This document shows positions 9,768 to 20,933 of a stretch of DNA of 64,000 bases, in pieces. The stretch spans positions 992,001 to 1,056,000 of the forward strand of contig CP000066.1 in the NCBI GenBank assembly GCA_000002445.1, in the 5' to 3' direction. The notes beneath the pieces are model-generated. The model was not told where the DNA came from, did no database searches, and was given only the letters and a program-made list of their open reading frames with translations. The position numbers and the translations under genes are program-made. This stretch comes from Trypanosoma brucei (Eukaryota). Position 1 is the first letter of the stretch; each line of letters opens with the position of its first letter.

Positions 9768-11642
9768 ATGGCGACAGTTAAGAAACTCTTGGAGCGCCTC
9801 AATGATGGTAAGGTACTCACTACCGAGGAGATGATTTATTGGGCCGATAAGAGCGATGAAACGCACTCTCAAACATTCTTCGGCAAAAATATTGAGGATG
9901 CGAGGCACTGTGTACGGTGTGTCGCTGACACCCTTATAAAGAAATACATGAACAACCCTGATGTCAGTGAATTGCCCATAGAGAAGAAAACACGGGCGTG
10001 CCTCATTGTGAGTAACTTTGCTCTGTACAAACCTGTGCGCAACTGCATCTTCGATTTGCTGGACAAGTTGGAGGCTGTGTTTGAGGAGTCCATAAAGGCA
10101 GACGCGGCACTGCCTTTCAATCCCGAACTTGGACGTATGACAGAGCACGTAGCTGTGCTTCTCATGCGGGTGACGGGCTATAAGCTTAAGGCTGCAAATG
10201 TGTTTGAATTTACCGATGGTAATGTGCAGTTTTCAGTGCAATTAATGCTTGCCGTTTTGCTGAAGGAGCCTCCATACGAGCCTGCACTCCGCTGTAACTG
10301 CATAAGTATTATTCTCGGGTTCACACAGCCGCAAGCGTACTTCAATGATGCTGCGGGTGTAGAGGACGCCTCATGCCAGGATTTCACTGAGAAGATCGAC
10401 GGCATCCTCAAACTGATGCTCCGCTTAAATGCCGTTCAAGTGTTTGACGATGTTCTGTCAGAGCAGTTGGACAACGTCAAGGAGGTAACGCCCCTTCTCC
10501 ATGTGGCCGTGTGCAGTGCGATGCGGTGCGTAATGAACATTTTCCGCTTCTCTTCCACCGGTGGCACGCAGTGGCGCCAGCACATTCTCCTTTCTACCAC
10601 GCACCTGGACCATTCCGTGACGGTATACCTCCAGCTGCAATGCATTTCCCTGCAGAAATCGTTGTCACTACCTCAGCCGACCGCTAGCGTGGAAATGTTG
10701 CGTGGTATGTCCCTAGGGTACAAGTTCGCTTCCCTCTGCACATTTGGTATGGGATGTCATACACGAGAGACCCGGCTGTTTTTCCCGTACCTACATGATA
10801 TGCTCCAGCTCCCCGTAAAGAGTATTCTGGGCAGCCCGGCACTGGCAAATGCGGTGATGCGTGTATATGTGGACATGTTCCACCTTATAGCAAATATAGA
10901 CGCTCTAGGTGGTGATGAGGGCCTACCGACAGGGGATATGTTCCCGCAGCTGCAAAGTGCTGAGCTCGTCAAGAGCGTGACGGGCTTCTTGAAGCGAGAG
11001 GTCGCACCGTGCGGGTTAGCTTTTATCCAGGCCTGGCACAACGCCCTTAAAACCGTGGAGCCCGACACGCTTGTTGAGCGCGGGACGCCAACTTTCCTCG
11101 AGTTGGAGAAAATATTCAGCGAAGTGGAGTCTGCCGTTGAGAAGCAGAGTGCACCACGACCACCACCGCCACCCCAGCCGTCAGCGCCGGCTCCGGTCCC
11201 CGCCTCAACACCTGAGCAGGCGCCCGTTGATTTATGCTTTGTCGGAAGGAGCCATCTTGCGGACATACCACCAATCCATCGGAAGGCAGCGGACCAGAAG
11301 ATCTCCATTGACAATGCTGCCGTTCCTGTTGCTCCGTCAAATCGCACAAAACCTGTGGACCGCAACTCCGCGATTGGTATCGACGAGAGGATGCTGTGCG
11401 CTCTTACTGGAAACGTCATGAAGAAGCCCGTCGTTTCACCACACGGTCACACTTTCGATCACGAGGCGATCCTCGCATGGTTGGAGCAAAACGGTTCGGT
11501 GTGCCCCGTCACTGGTAAGCCGCTGGTCGCCACGGAGTTGCGGCCGAACAAAGAGATTACGGCGCTCATTATGCGGCAGACGATTGCGCAGAGCATGACG
11601 GCACCTAACCAGGAGAATGAAGTGGATATTTATGACTTTTAG
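9768..11642 (+). CDS. U-box domain E3 ubiquitin-ligase-like protein (C-terminal U-box preceded by a Pro-rich linker)
   Basis: The C-terminal ~70 aa (LCALTGNVMKKPVVSPHGHTFDHEAILAWLEQNGSVCPVTGKPL...) matches the U-box fold of CHIP/PRP19 and lacks Zn-ligand cysteines. It is preceded by PRPPPPPQPSAPAPVP. Confidence 0.7.
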   Translation: MATVKKLLERLNDGKVLTTEEMIYWADKSDETHSQTFFGKNIEDARHCVRCVADTLIKKYMNNPDVSELPIEKKTRACLIVSNFALYKPVRNCIFDLLDKLEAVFEESIKADAALPFNPELGRMTEHVAVLLMRVTGYKLKAANVFEFTDGNVQFSVQLMLAVLLKEPPYEPALRCNCISIILGFTQPQAYFNDAAGVEDASCQDFTEKIDGILKLMLRLNAVQVFDDVLSEQLDNVKEVTPLLHVAVCSAMRCVMNIFRFSSTGGTQWRQHILLSTTHLDHSVTVYLQLQCISLQKSLSLPQPTASVEMLRGMSLGYKFASLCTFGMGCHTRETRLFFPYLHDMLQLPVKSILGSPALANAVMRVYVDMFHLIANIDALGGDEGLPTGDMFPQLQSAELVKSVTGFLKREVAPCGLAFIQAWHNALKTVEPDTLVERGTPTFLELEKIFSEVESAVEKQSAPRPPPPPQPSAPAPVPASTPEQAPVDLCFVGRSHLADIPPIHRKAADQKISIDNAAVPVAPSNRTKPVDRNSAIGIDERMLCALTGNVMKKPVVSPHGHTFDHEAILAWLEQNGSVCPVTGKPLVATELRPNKEITALIMRQTIAQSMTAPNQENEVDIYDF

Positions 11643-13259
11643 TGGTATAGAGTTTTGCACAGATGAGGGGGAGGCGAATATCTGATACTCTTTGGGTAGA
11701 GATATGAACCCCGGTCATTTTGATTTTCGGGGGAAGTTGTGCCACTGGTGCACTCATATATGCATATGTTTATACTTATATACGTATATATAGGTAAGGT
11801 GTGTTGCGGAAAGTGAACCGAGGTAATAAAAAAAGGACAAAAGGATCATATGGCGTGCGCCGCCCCCGTAGTGGTATGTTGACGGTTGGCCACGCTCAAC
11901 AAAAGGAAAGGGGCGACGTGCATGCTCGGGAGCTGAGTGTGCGCGAGAGGCCTTGTTTCTTGTTTGGCAATAAGCAACTTTTGTGGGGCCCAAGCAGGAT
12001 GGGAGACGGATGCTCGGATGTGTTTTCCTTTTTCGTGTGCTTGTGTTTGCGTGTGTGTTTGTGTCACACGTTTAGAGCAAGGTATAAGTAATATGAGGGA
12101 GGCTGCAAACCAATGGGATGTAGAGAAAAAGAGCACGTTGTTTTTGAACCACACTGGGTTTGAGAGTATCCCCTTTTTGTATTCGTACCTGTGTACGTCC
12201 TACTGTGTTGGGAGGCAAAGAAGTGTCCATGATGGTTACCCTGACCTTGCCCGTGTTATGGATGGAATGAATATACGTGGGAAGACATGCCCATTTGGAA
12301 TGGATGTAAGCCATTGGTGGAGAAGGTGGAAAGTGTCGGGACTAGGGGGAAGGGATGGGGTGTGGAGCTATAAAAGGAGGAAGTGTGGGTGGCTCAATTG
12401 AAATGAGGTAGGAACGAAAGGAAAACAGGCTGAAGATTTGAACGTAGGGGCCGAGTTGGGCACTTCTCTGCCCGAACCCGCCGCAGAGTGCGCGTTCTGT
12501 GCTGATGAAGGCTCGAATGCGGTTTCGTTCGATATTTTTATATTCCTGACTGGATTGAGGTGTATGCGCGTGCGTTTGTGCGAGAAGATAGTATGAACGA
12601 TGCAGGGGTGGGAAATATATATATATATATATATGAGTACATACGTGAGATTAAGCGGTAACAAGCTTATATCCATTCTTACCCCGCTTTCTTTCGCATC
12701 AGCTGCTGCTGTGACGCTCTTCCCGAATCTTTTTGGTTGCATACGTCCACCTTTCGGCTGATATTGCGAATGTGGACACTCTCTCCATTTTTCTGTGTGT
12801 TCACGTTCACTTTGCATTGTTTTTTTTTTCGTTGATCCTCGCTTTATTTGTTTACCTGCAGTATCACTCCTATTTTTCTTCCTTTTGTTTCTTTTTTCAG
12901 CTGCTGCTGCCACTGCTGTGATATGTTCCCTTTTCCCTTCTTTGGTGCTGATTGGGCTATGAGCCGTTGCGGGATCGGAAACATTCTGCACGGAGAAGAC
13001 GAGTGCTGGCACAAGGGGAAGGGGAGGGAGTGCCTCCACCGAACATACCGCTTGGATGGGAGGCATATCTATGCGTGCATTTTTTTTTCTTCCTTTTTTT
13101 TTTAAATGGCGTTGCTTTTTCACCACTATTAATATCTATGAACACACACATGAATACGCACGTGCACGTGCATAATCTCGTCTACCCATTTTATGCACGC
13201 AGAACCGCTTTGGTATGTGCGGGGCGTGGCCGGATACCCAGTGGGGCGTTTGCCACGTT

Positions 13260-13345
13260 TCTCTGCTTTATTACCCTCCTCGTGCTTCGCTCTCTTTTAC
13301 GAAATTTGTCCTTATTCTTTCATTTTTCTTCTTTACACTCCGCTA
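13260..13345 (+). promoter_or_regulatory. polypyrimidine tract upstream of the small TM-protein gene
   Basis: ctctgctttattaccctcctcgtgcttcgctctcttttacg...ttcatttttcttctttacactcc. Confidence 0.4.
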
Positions 13346-13409
13346 ATCTGCGCTGGTGGTTCGTAGGGTCTGTATTCATTACTGGTGCGCGTTTGCGGCA
13401 GTTGGGCTC

Positions 13410-13898
13410 ATGACTACTAGTAACGGCTTCGAATCGCCGCGTGAGTCCGTTGCGGCAGCGGCGGCATGCAGCTCTCAGTTGCGGGAGGCTGCTGAACGGG
13501 CACGAAAGGATCCCTCCAAAGATATTGGTCTGACAACAGAGGAACTTCAGGAGCGGAAAAGGTGCGCTGCGGAGCCACACCGTTTCGTAAGTAAGTCCAC
13601 AAGTCGCCCTTTTGAGGTGAAGAGTTCCTCGCGGGCGCAGCAGATTATGACTAAGGGTGTGGTGGAGCGACAAGTCACAGCACGGCAGAAGGAGGTGCTT
13701 CGGAAGGTATCTTCACTCCGTAAACTGCAGGTGGGTCTTTTTTTTGTTGGTGTCGGGTTTGCGTACTGGGTGGGGGTGGAGTTCCTGCTGCCGCATTACG
13801 CTGCCGTACAGGAGCGGAACCGCATTTTGAGGTTGCGGTACGAGATGGCGCAGAGGAAGCGCGAGGAGCACTTACGAGTGCAGGGGTCATCGCAGTGA
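13410..13898 (+). CDS. small hypothetical protein with one predicted C-terminal transmembrane helix
   Basis: Polypyrimidine tract at 13260-13345, then the first ATG at 13410 (the ORF-track start at 13356 lies inside the pyrimidine tract). Hydrophobic segment LQVGLFFVGVGFAYWVGVEFLL. Confidence 0.4.
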   Translation: MTTSNGFESPRESVAAAAACSSQLREAAERARKDPSKDIGLTTEELQERKRCAAEPHRFVSKSTSRPFEVKSSSRAQQIMTKGVVERQVTARQKEVLRKVSSLRKLQVGLFFVGVGFAYWVGVEFLLPHYAAVQERNRILRLRYEMAQRKREEHLRVQGSSQ

Positions 13899-14159
13899 GG
13901 ATGTAATGCGAATGTCGTTGTTAGTATCGTGGGCAGCGATGCCGATTCTTCGAGAAATTACCACGGTTGTGTGGCAGTGGGTACGTGGCCACAGTTTCTG
14001 TTTTGATTTGTACAGTGGCAGCAGTTCATTCAGCGTCCCTGCAAAAGTAAGGTGTGCTCACATGCATGTCTGTATATATATATATATATAGACACATATG
14101 TGTGTATGTGTGCGTGCGAGTGTGACTAAACGCAGTGACGGGGAAGCATCGGGTAATTG

Positions 14160-14245
14160 TACTGTTTTTAATTTGTTTTCGCTGGCTGTTCTCTTTCCCT
14201 TTTGCATGTCCATTTTTCTCTTTCCCTTGTCGCCTGATATTTATG
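14160..14245 (+). promoter_or_regulatory. polypyrimidine tract upstream of GRP94 (probable trans-splicing/polyadenylation coupling signal)
   Basis: A C/T-rich run is followed by AG dinucleotides and a ~400-nt purine-rich leader before the ATG at 14672. This is typical kinetoplastid gene-boundary architecture. Confidence 0.45.
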
Positions 14246-14671
14246 AATGCGTTTATATGTGTGAAGGAATAGGCCAACATAATACGTGAAAAGATTGCAC
14301 TACTCAGTCCCAGAGGATACGACAGGGAGGGTGACAGAACGAGGGAAAGAAGGTAGAAAGAGAAAGGTTAAAGAGTAATATATTACTCGTTTTTGAAACC
14401 GCCAGAGTCTCTTTTGTAAAGGGTAAGGGTAAAAGGGAGTGGTGTTGTTGACTCCCCAAGTAGGCAGAAGACTAGGTGTTGGAGAGGCGTGCTACTTTAA
14501 ATAAAGCAGGGTTGTGGTAGAGGGATAGGGAACTTGTTAAGCGAGCTGGTTTATAACCTGCATCAAACTCCACCGAAACGAAGGGGAATCAGGGGAAGGT
14601 ATTCTGTAGTGACAAGAATAGGAATCGACTAGAACAGGTGCGCGCGTGGGTGTAAGAATCGGAAAAAAATA

Positions 14672-16999
14672 TTGAAAATGATCCAATCGGGTATGTTCTT
14701 CGCCCTCCGGGTGCTGTTCGTTGTCTTTGTGATGTTAACTTCCGCCCCGGTGGAAATTGCATTGGGCGACGACAGTGAATTGAAATCCAACGCAACATTT
14801 TCCAAGGGGAAATCGATTCCCTTTCAAGCTGAGGTAAGCAAGATGCTTGACATCCTCATTCATTCACTGTACACCAACCGCGCTGTCTTCTTGCGCGAGT
14901 TGATTTCTAACGGCAGTGACGCCCTGGACAAAATTCGCATGCTTTACCTCACGACCCCGAAGGAGCCCGTGAACAAGGACGGTGAGGCTCCAACAATGGA
15001 TATCCGCCTGTCGGTGGACCCTGAGCAGAAGACGCTGACTCTGCGCGATGGTGGAGTGGGGATGACCCGACAGGAGCTGGAGGCCAATCTCGGTTCTCTT
15101 GGGAGCTCGGGGACAAAGCGTTTTATGGAGAAACTACAGGAAACGAAGGATTCAAATCTTATCGGACAGTTCGGCGTGGGTTTTTACTCCGCATTCCTCG
15201 TGGCCGAGCGCGTGCGTGTCGCATCAAAGAGTGATGACGACGAAAAGCAATGGGTATGGGAATCCGCAGCGGATGGGCAGTATTATGTATATGAAGATGA
15301 GCGCGGCAACACACTCGGACGCGGGACGGAGATAACTCTGGAGCTGAAGCCCGACGCGCTTGATTTCCTTTCACCAGAGACCGTGCGTAACACAGTTCGC
15401 CAGTACAGCGAGTTTGTGCACTTCCCTATTAGGATGAAGCGGGGGGAAGAGTGGGATGTTCTGAACGAGAACCAGCCTATCTGGACACGTAAGCCCTCTA
15501 ATGTGTCCAAGGAAGAGTATGAAAAGTTCTACATGGCTCTCTCTCGCGACTACCGTCCGCCTATGTATTACTCCCACTTCAACGTTGAGGGAGAGGTCGA
15601 ATTCAGTTCAGTTCTCTTTGTTCCCCAAGAAGTCGCCCAGGAAAACTTCATAAACAATGAGAATACACGGGATAACATCAAACTGTACGTGCGCCGCATC
15701 TTCATCACGGACGAATTCCGTGAGTTACTTCCGAGGTACCTTAACTTCGTGAAGGGTGTCGTTGACAGCAATGACCTCCCCCTCAATGTGTCCCGTGAGG
15801 TACTTCAGGAGAGTCGAATTTTACGTGTGATAAAGAAGAAACTCGTGCGGAAGGTGCTTTCCATGTTCGCGGAAATTGCGGCTAACGACGCCAGAATGAA
15901 GGAGCAGGGTAATGTAAGCGAGGAAGTAAACGCAGAGGTGAATACAACAAACTCCACCTCCGGCAGCAAGAAGAAGGGGCCACTCTATCCCAAGTTTTGG
16001 GCCCAGTTTGGTAAACACTTGCGCCTCGGTATCCTCGAGGATGCCAACAACCGAGGGAGGCTTGCGAAGCTTCTGCGCTATGTTTCGAGCAAAAGCAACG
16101 GCACCCTCGTCAGTTTTCAGGAGTACATAGACCGTATGCAACCCAACCAGAAGGGCATATATTATATGACGGGTGACTCCGTGGAGAAGATGATGCAATC
16201 GCCACACATGGAGGAACCGAAGATGCGCGGTGTGGAGGTACTCTTGATGACGGATGCCATTGACGAGTATGTTGTTGGACAAGTACACGACTTTGCTAAC
16301 AAGAAGCTTATCAATATTGCCACTGACAGTGCACAGCTTGACGACGTTACAGACAAACAGAAAGCAATCGAAAAGAAACGCAACGAAAAGTTCCGGCCCC
16401 TCACCGATGCACTGACGCGCGTCTTCAAGGGCAATCGTGTCCGCAAGGTGATCCTCACAAAGCGAAAGACCTCTGAGCCATTCATCTTGTCTTCGCAAGA
16501 AAATGAAATGTCACCACGCTTGGCCAACATAATCAAGCAGCAGGCTGTTTCTTCTGATCACTCTGTGTTCCACACGCTTGTGCTGGAGATTAACTACCGT
16601 CATCCTGTTGTGCAACAGCTGCTTGCTCGATTTCAAGCCAATGCAAACGATCAGGTTGCACTAGACATCGCGTGGGTTCTTTTCGGCACGGCGAGTTTGC
16701 AGGCGGATTCTCCGGTGCCAGACCAGGCGATGTACGCGAAGCGCGTGACGCGGTTGGTGCGTGGACGGATGGACCTCCCCCTTGATGATGCGCTTCTACC
16801 ACCCGATGATAACGAGTACGACGTGGAAGGTGTGAAACCTGACACTGTGGATTCCGAAGAGGAGGTGTTGCTCCCAGTGGATAATGATGAGGAGGGGACG
16901 AAGGGCAAGTCGGCTGAAAAGGGGCAAAAGAAATCTTCAGAGAAGGTGGAGAAGAAGCCTGGGAAGAAATCCACTGGAGCCAATGCTGGAGACTTGTAA
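14672..16999 (+). CDS. GRP94: GRP94/endoplasmin, the ER-lumenal HSP90-family chaperone (LPG3 orthologue)
   Basis: N-terminal signal peptide. HSP90 ATPase motifs are present (LRELISNGSDALDKIR, GQFGVGFYSAFLVA), plus the HSP90 middle and C domains and an acidic C-terminal tail. Confidence 0.9.
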   Translation: MKMIQSGMFFALRVLFVVFVMLTSAPVEIALGDDSELKSNATFSKGKSIPFQAEVSKMLDILIHSLYTNRAVFLRELISNGSDALDKIRMLYLTTPKEPVNKDGEAPTMDIRLSVDPEQKTLTLRDGGVGMTRQELEANLGSLGSSGTKRFMEKLQETKDSNLIGQFGVGFYSAFLVAERVRVASKSDDDEKQWVWESAADGQYYVYEDERGNTLGRGTEITLELKPDALDFLSPETVRNTVRQYSEFVHFPIRMKRGEEWDVLNENQPIWTRKPSNVSKEEYEKFYMALSRDYRPPMYYSHFNVEGEVEFSSVLFVPQEVAQENFINNENTRDNIKLYVRRIFITDEFRELLPRYLNFVKGVVDSNDLPLNVSREVLQESRILRVIKKKLVRKVLSMFAEIAANDARMKEQGNVSEEVNAEVNTTNSTSGSKKKGPLYPKFWAQFGKHLRLGILEDANNRGRLAKLLRYVSSKSNGTLVSFQEYIDRMQPNQKGIYYMTGDSVEKMMQSPHMEEPKMRGVEVLLMTDAIDEYVVGQVHDFANKKLINIATDSAQLDDVTDKQKAIEKKRNEKFRPLTDALTRVFKGNRVRKVILTKRKTSEPFILSSQENEMSPRLANIIKQQAVSSDHSVFHTLVLEINYRHPVVQQLLARFQANANDQVALDIAWVLFGTASLQADSPVPDQAMYAKRVTRLVRGRMDLPLDDALLPPDDNEYDVEGVKPDTVDSEEEVLLPVDNDEEGTKGKSAEKGQKKSSEKVEKKPGKKSTGANAGDL

Positions 17000-17575
17000 G
17001 GTTTAACAAAGTTTGGGCGTGACATTCAGCGCTGATTGCTTTACTCTTGAACCTCTGTTGAGTTGGTTTGTTTTACCTCGGGAGTAATGTGGGCGTTTAA
17101 TGGAACCGATAATGGAGAGAAGGCTGATGTAAGTGAAGTGAGGTTGAGCAGCACGGGTTGTTTCAGCAGATGAAAGAAAACGAAGATGTGTATTAAACCC
17201 ACGCCAGTACCTGTAGAAACTTAAGGTGAGGAGTTGCAGTGAATGGAAGCGGACGTGTTGATGCTTGTGCGGATGCCTGGAGGTTAAACCGACCTCCTCC
17301 AGGTTGATTTTGTTTTTCTTTCTACTGTTTATCGCGAAACAACAGGGGATATGTTTCAAAGCACTGCGGGGGGCAGGGGGGGGGGAGCACGGTGAAACGA
17401 AACTGCGTTTCAGGAAGCTGTAGATGAGGGAAGGAGGGTGTGCGGTGACACACACCGTGCGACTGTTGTGGCTATTATTCTCTTATTTTTTTTTTCTGTC
17501 CACACTCTTGGGACTGCAGAGTGTGCGCCGCGCCAGTGACGTTTACCTGCCGTACCCCACATATCTCCCAGCCCC

Positions 17576-17640
17576 TTTATTATTATTACTATTATTACCA
17601 CCGCCATTATTATTATTATTGTTATTATTGTTTTTATTTT
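17576..17640. repeat. imperfect (TTA)n trinucleotide repeat (~65 bp)
   Basis: tattattattactattattaccaccgccattattattattattgttattattg. It produces the spurious poly-Leu and poly-Ile ORFs on both strands. Confidence 0.85.
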
Positions 17641-18114
17641 TGACTTTGTTCACGCTGTGTCGTTCGCACCTAACATCCCCTTGCCGCGTGACGGTGTAGT
17701 GATCACGGCGCGTGGGTGGTGGTGTTTGACAGGCGCACGGGTTACGGGTTGGTGTCGATAGGTAAGGAACTAAATGTCTTTTAGCAATATCAATTTCTTC
17801 TTACCCACTATATTCCTTCTCCTATTTCCTTTTTCCCTGTTTCTACGCATTTCATCTTAAACATATGAGAACGCGCACTTGAGCAACGTAGGAGGACATC
17901 TCCGGGAGTACGTTCGCGCACACCCGCAAGTAAGCCGACCCGCACACAAGATTGTGAAGGCAGTATCACGTAGTCGTATTGTTATATTGCTGTTATTTTT
18001 TTTATTGATTTCTTTTTTCTATCCTTCTGTGTGTGCGTGTGTGCGTTAAACTTGTGTAACGGAGTGGGGCGGTGTTGTTTCTCCTTCAGCCGCTAGCTGA
18101 CCAGTAGCGGACAC

Positions 18115-20133
18115 ATGGTAACTGCGATGGCAAACACAAAAAAGAAAGTTAAGGCATCGGTACCTGAAGGGGCGACATCGTCATTGAAAACAGAAGATAT
18201 GACGGTACCGCGGGATCAAACATCTACCAGTAAGTTACCCATTAGCCGGGTGAGCCGCCGCCTTGGTAGTGTACAGGCGAAACTTGACGGTGGACCCGAT
18301 GTCTTTTTGTCATCCCGCCAGGGTGGCAGCGATCTCACCCGCGAGTGCCTTGCGTCACTATACAAGTTAGCTTCCTCTATGCATTCGCGGCAGTTGACAT
18401 ACTACAGTAAGTCACTAGAAACAAGCCGAGCGCGGCACGTGACATTGGAGCAGATATGGGGTCAGATGAGCATGCTCCTCCCGCCTGTCTTCCGTCGCCT
18501 ACGGGAAAATGTGCGGCGCGCACAGAAGATGTACGGCTGTGGAGAAACTCAAGGGTCGCAGGTCAAGCAGAGGTCTAGTGACAATAAGAGCGGGAGCGGC
18601 ATGCACAACGGTAAGAAAGACAAAGAGGACAATAGAGAGGATGATGTTGACGCGTCTTCGGCACACACTTCCCAACTAAACGAAAGTGACCTTGACAATG
18701 AGATTGCAGAACTTCTTGCCAAGCAGCGTGAGGCAAGAAAACGCAGGAAGAGGAACGCGGCCGACGACTCGTGGCGTTACGTTTTTGGCAAGGGGGATGG
18801 AGAGGAGGATGCCGATGCCGAGGGTGGTGAGGGATGGAGCGAGGGGGAAGAAGACCGGGAGGACGGCAGCGAGAGTGGTAACGATAATGAAATGGATGCT
18901 TTGCGCGGCCGCCGGAAGGGCTCACGTGATGTGACAGCTCCGGGAGATTTTGGTGGTGACGGTGAAGATGCTGATGACGAAGAGAAGCAATTAGCGCAGG
19001 AAGAGTTGGAGGCCCTGAAAGAGATGTACGGCGAAGACTTTGTGCCAAATGAAGAGGATGAAGAATGTGAGTATGACGATGGGGAGGGTGACTTGGGAGA
19101 TGACGATCAGTTACTCGAAGAAGATCTGAAGTGGGATGACCCATCGGCAGTGTTTAGTGGAAAAGATGCTGCCCTTAAGGGTGAAGGAGAAGGTTGGTAC
19201 GATGGCGAAGATGATATCCTTGCAGAAACGGGCCAAGAAGGTGACATGGGTGACGATATGGAGGATGATGCGGCATTGAATGACCCCAGTCTTACCGAAT
19301 TGCAGCGTGAGCGGCTACGTGAACGGCGCTTTGTTGAAAAACTTGAGCAGGCGAGACTCTACAGTACGCAGTGGGCGATGTCAGGCGAGGTGAGCGGCAG
19401 CAATCGGCCTCGTGATGCCTTGCTTGACGAGGCACTCGACTTCGAGTACGCCATGAAGGCGGTACCAGTCATTACCGAGGGGTTTACCGCAAAGCTGGAG
19501 GACCGCATCCGCCGCCGCATCGTTGACAATAATTACGACGATGTGCAGCGTCGCACTGCGTTATCGACACCTAGTGATTTAGCTTCAATGTCGCGGCGCG
19601 ACGATGCGTCTGCTAAGGACTCGGAGAAGGCGCGTATGTCGCTGATGGATTTATACGAGAAGGAGTATCTGGACCGCGTGCGGCGTGCTGAGGAGAGCGC
19701 CGCTGGGGGCAGTGCCGCTGAATCTGCTGAGCCGTTGACGGAGATTGAGAAGGACGAGCTGCGTGCCATTCATATGTGGCGGCGACTAGCCCAGCATCTC
19801 GATGCGCTCAGCAATTTCCACTACACGCCAAAGCCCGTGCAAGAGGATCTGTCGGCCCGCGTGCGCGCGGTGGAGGGCCAGGCCCCAGCAATTACTTTTG
19901 AAACAGTTGGGAATTTTGCCACTACGCGCGAAGCTGCACTTGCTCCACAGGACTTATATCGTGGCTCAGATCGCAAGTTTGCGGATGTTGGGGTAAACGA
20001 ACTTCAGCCACATGAGAGGCGGGCGCTGCGCCGTGCAAAGAAGGAGCAGGTGAGTACCTCACAGGCGATAAAGGAAAAACATAAGGAACGAGCCAAGAGG
20101 GCCAAGGAGCAGCTACGGAAGGCTGCTGCATAG
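18115..20133 (+). CDS. probable U3 snoRNP protein MPP10 (long D/E-rich centre, Lys/Arg-rich C-terminus)
   Basis: The C-terminal segment DFEYAMKAVPVITEGFTAKLEDRIRRRIVDNNYDDVQRR resembles the conserved Mpp10 PVIT...LEDIIKRRI motif as I remember it. The overall acidic architecture is also consistent with Mpp10. Confidence 0.5.
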   Translation: MVTAMANTKKKVKASVPEGATSSLKTEDMTVPRDQTSTSKLPISRVSRRLGSVQAKLDGGPDVFLSSRQGGSDLTRECLASLYKLASSMHSRQLTYYSKSLETSRARHVTLEQIWGQMSMLLPPVFRRLRENVRRAQKMYGCGETQGSQVKQRSSDNKSGSGMHNGKKDKEDNREDDVDASSAHTSQLNESDLDNEIAELLAKQREARKRRKRNAADDSWRYVFGKGDGEEDADAEGGEGWSEGEEDREDGSESGNDNEMDALRGRRKGSRDVTAPGDFGGDGEDADDEEKQLAQEELEALKEMYGEDFVPNEEDEECEYDDGEGDLGDDDQLLEEDLKWDDPSAVFSGKDAALKGEGEGWYDGEDDILAETGQEGDMGDDMEDDAALNDPSLTELQRERLRERRFVEKLEQARLYSTQWAMSGEVSGSNRPRDALLDEALDFEYAMKAVPVITEGFTAKLEDRIRRRIVDNNYDDVQRRTALSTPSDLASMSRRDDASAKDSEKARMSLMDLYEKEYLDRVRRAEESAAGGSAAESAEPLTEIEKDELRAIHMWRRLAQHLDALSNFHYTPKPVQEDLSARVRAVEGQAPAITFETVGNFATTREAALAPQDLYRGSDRKFADVGVNELQPHERRALRRAKKEQVSTSQAIKEKHKERAKRAKEQLRKAAA

Positions 20134-20933
20134 GAGTAAATAAGAATTTCGTATGATTTTTTCCGATGCGATTAACAACTGTGTCCTGTCGTGTGGCCAC
20201 AGGGGAGGAAGTAACGAGTGTGGGCTAAGAGGACGTCAGATCCGCAACGGGTGAAGTGTGTTCGGTGACTTTTCCGGGCACCTTCCCACTTTCTTACTCC
20301 TTCCTTCATTCCTTCTAATAAAGGGACACATTACATTAATAATAAAAGTGAAGAAGACGACGGCAGAGAGTTTGCTTGCAGGTGTGGCACATTGTGGGAA
20401 GGTACTACATTACTCTTGTGGTCGACCGCATTCGCGGTCAAATTACTTGAGGGGTATTGTTTTCAATTTATTCTTCCCTTTTTTTCTTCGCAACCGATGA
20501 TGCTTAGCTGTTGAGCTAGTATTTGGTTAAGTTGGGTAGCTGGAAGAAGTATGGAAATAGTGCGAGTAGGGGAGGAAAATAGGCCATTAGTCTGCTTGCT
20601 CGTCTCTGTTCTGGGTCATAAGTTTCTCTCTTATTCCGAGAAAGTTACCTTACTTCTACGATTTCTTTGGATTTTGTACCTTGTATCAGGTGTGGGTGGC
20701 TCTGACCTCCGGTATCTGGATTTTCTTTTTTCCATTTATCTTTTTTGTTACTACCACTTCTGTAAGGACCGAGCAAGTTTTCTACTTATATACTCAGTTC
20801 AACTTCTGCGTTGAGTATATATATATATATATATTTTCGGCACCCCAAACTGTGCGAGGGAGTTGGGGTTTCTCACATCGAGCAACTCATATTGAGGTGA
20901 AGGTCAGTAGCCACTTCACTACGGGAATTTCAC

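Noticed and set aside
11700-11760. Possible C/D-box snoRNA (agatgagg ... ctgata)
   Set aside because: The boxes are imperfect (no clean RUGAUGA or CUGA pair with a terminal stem). The call cannot be supported without a search tool.
12368-13126. 252-aa minus-strand ORF
   Set aside because: It is the translation of the reverse complement of C/T-rich spacer DNA. The product is low-complexity and Lys/Arg/Pro-rich. No minus-strand genes are expected inside a + strand polycistron and there is no supporting pyrimidine tract on that strand.
17424-17699. 91-aa ORF with a poly-Leu run
   Set aside because: It is generated entirely by the (TTA)n trinucleotide repeat. It is not a protein.
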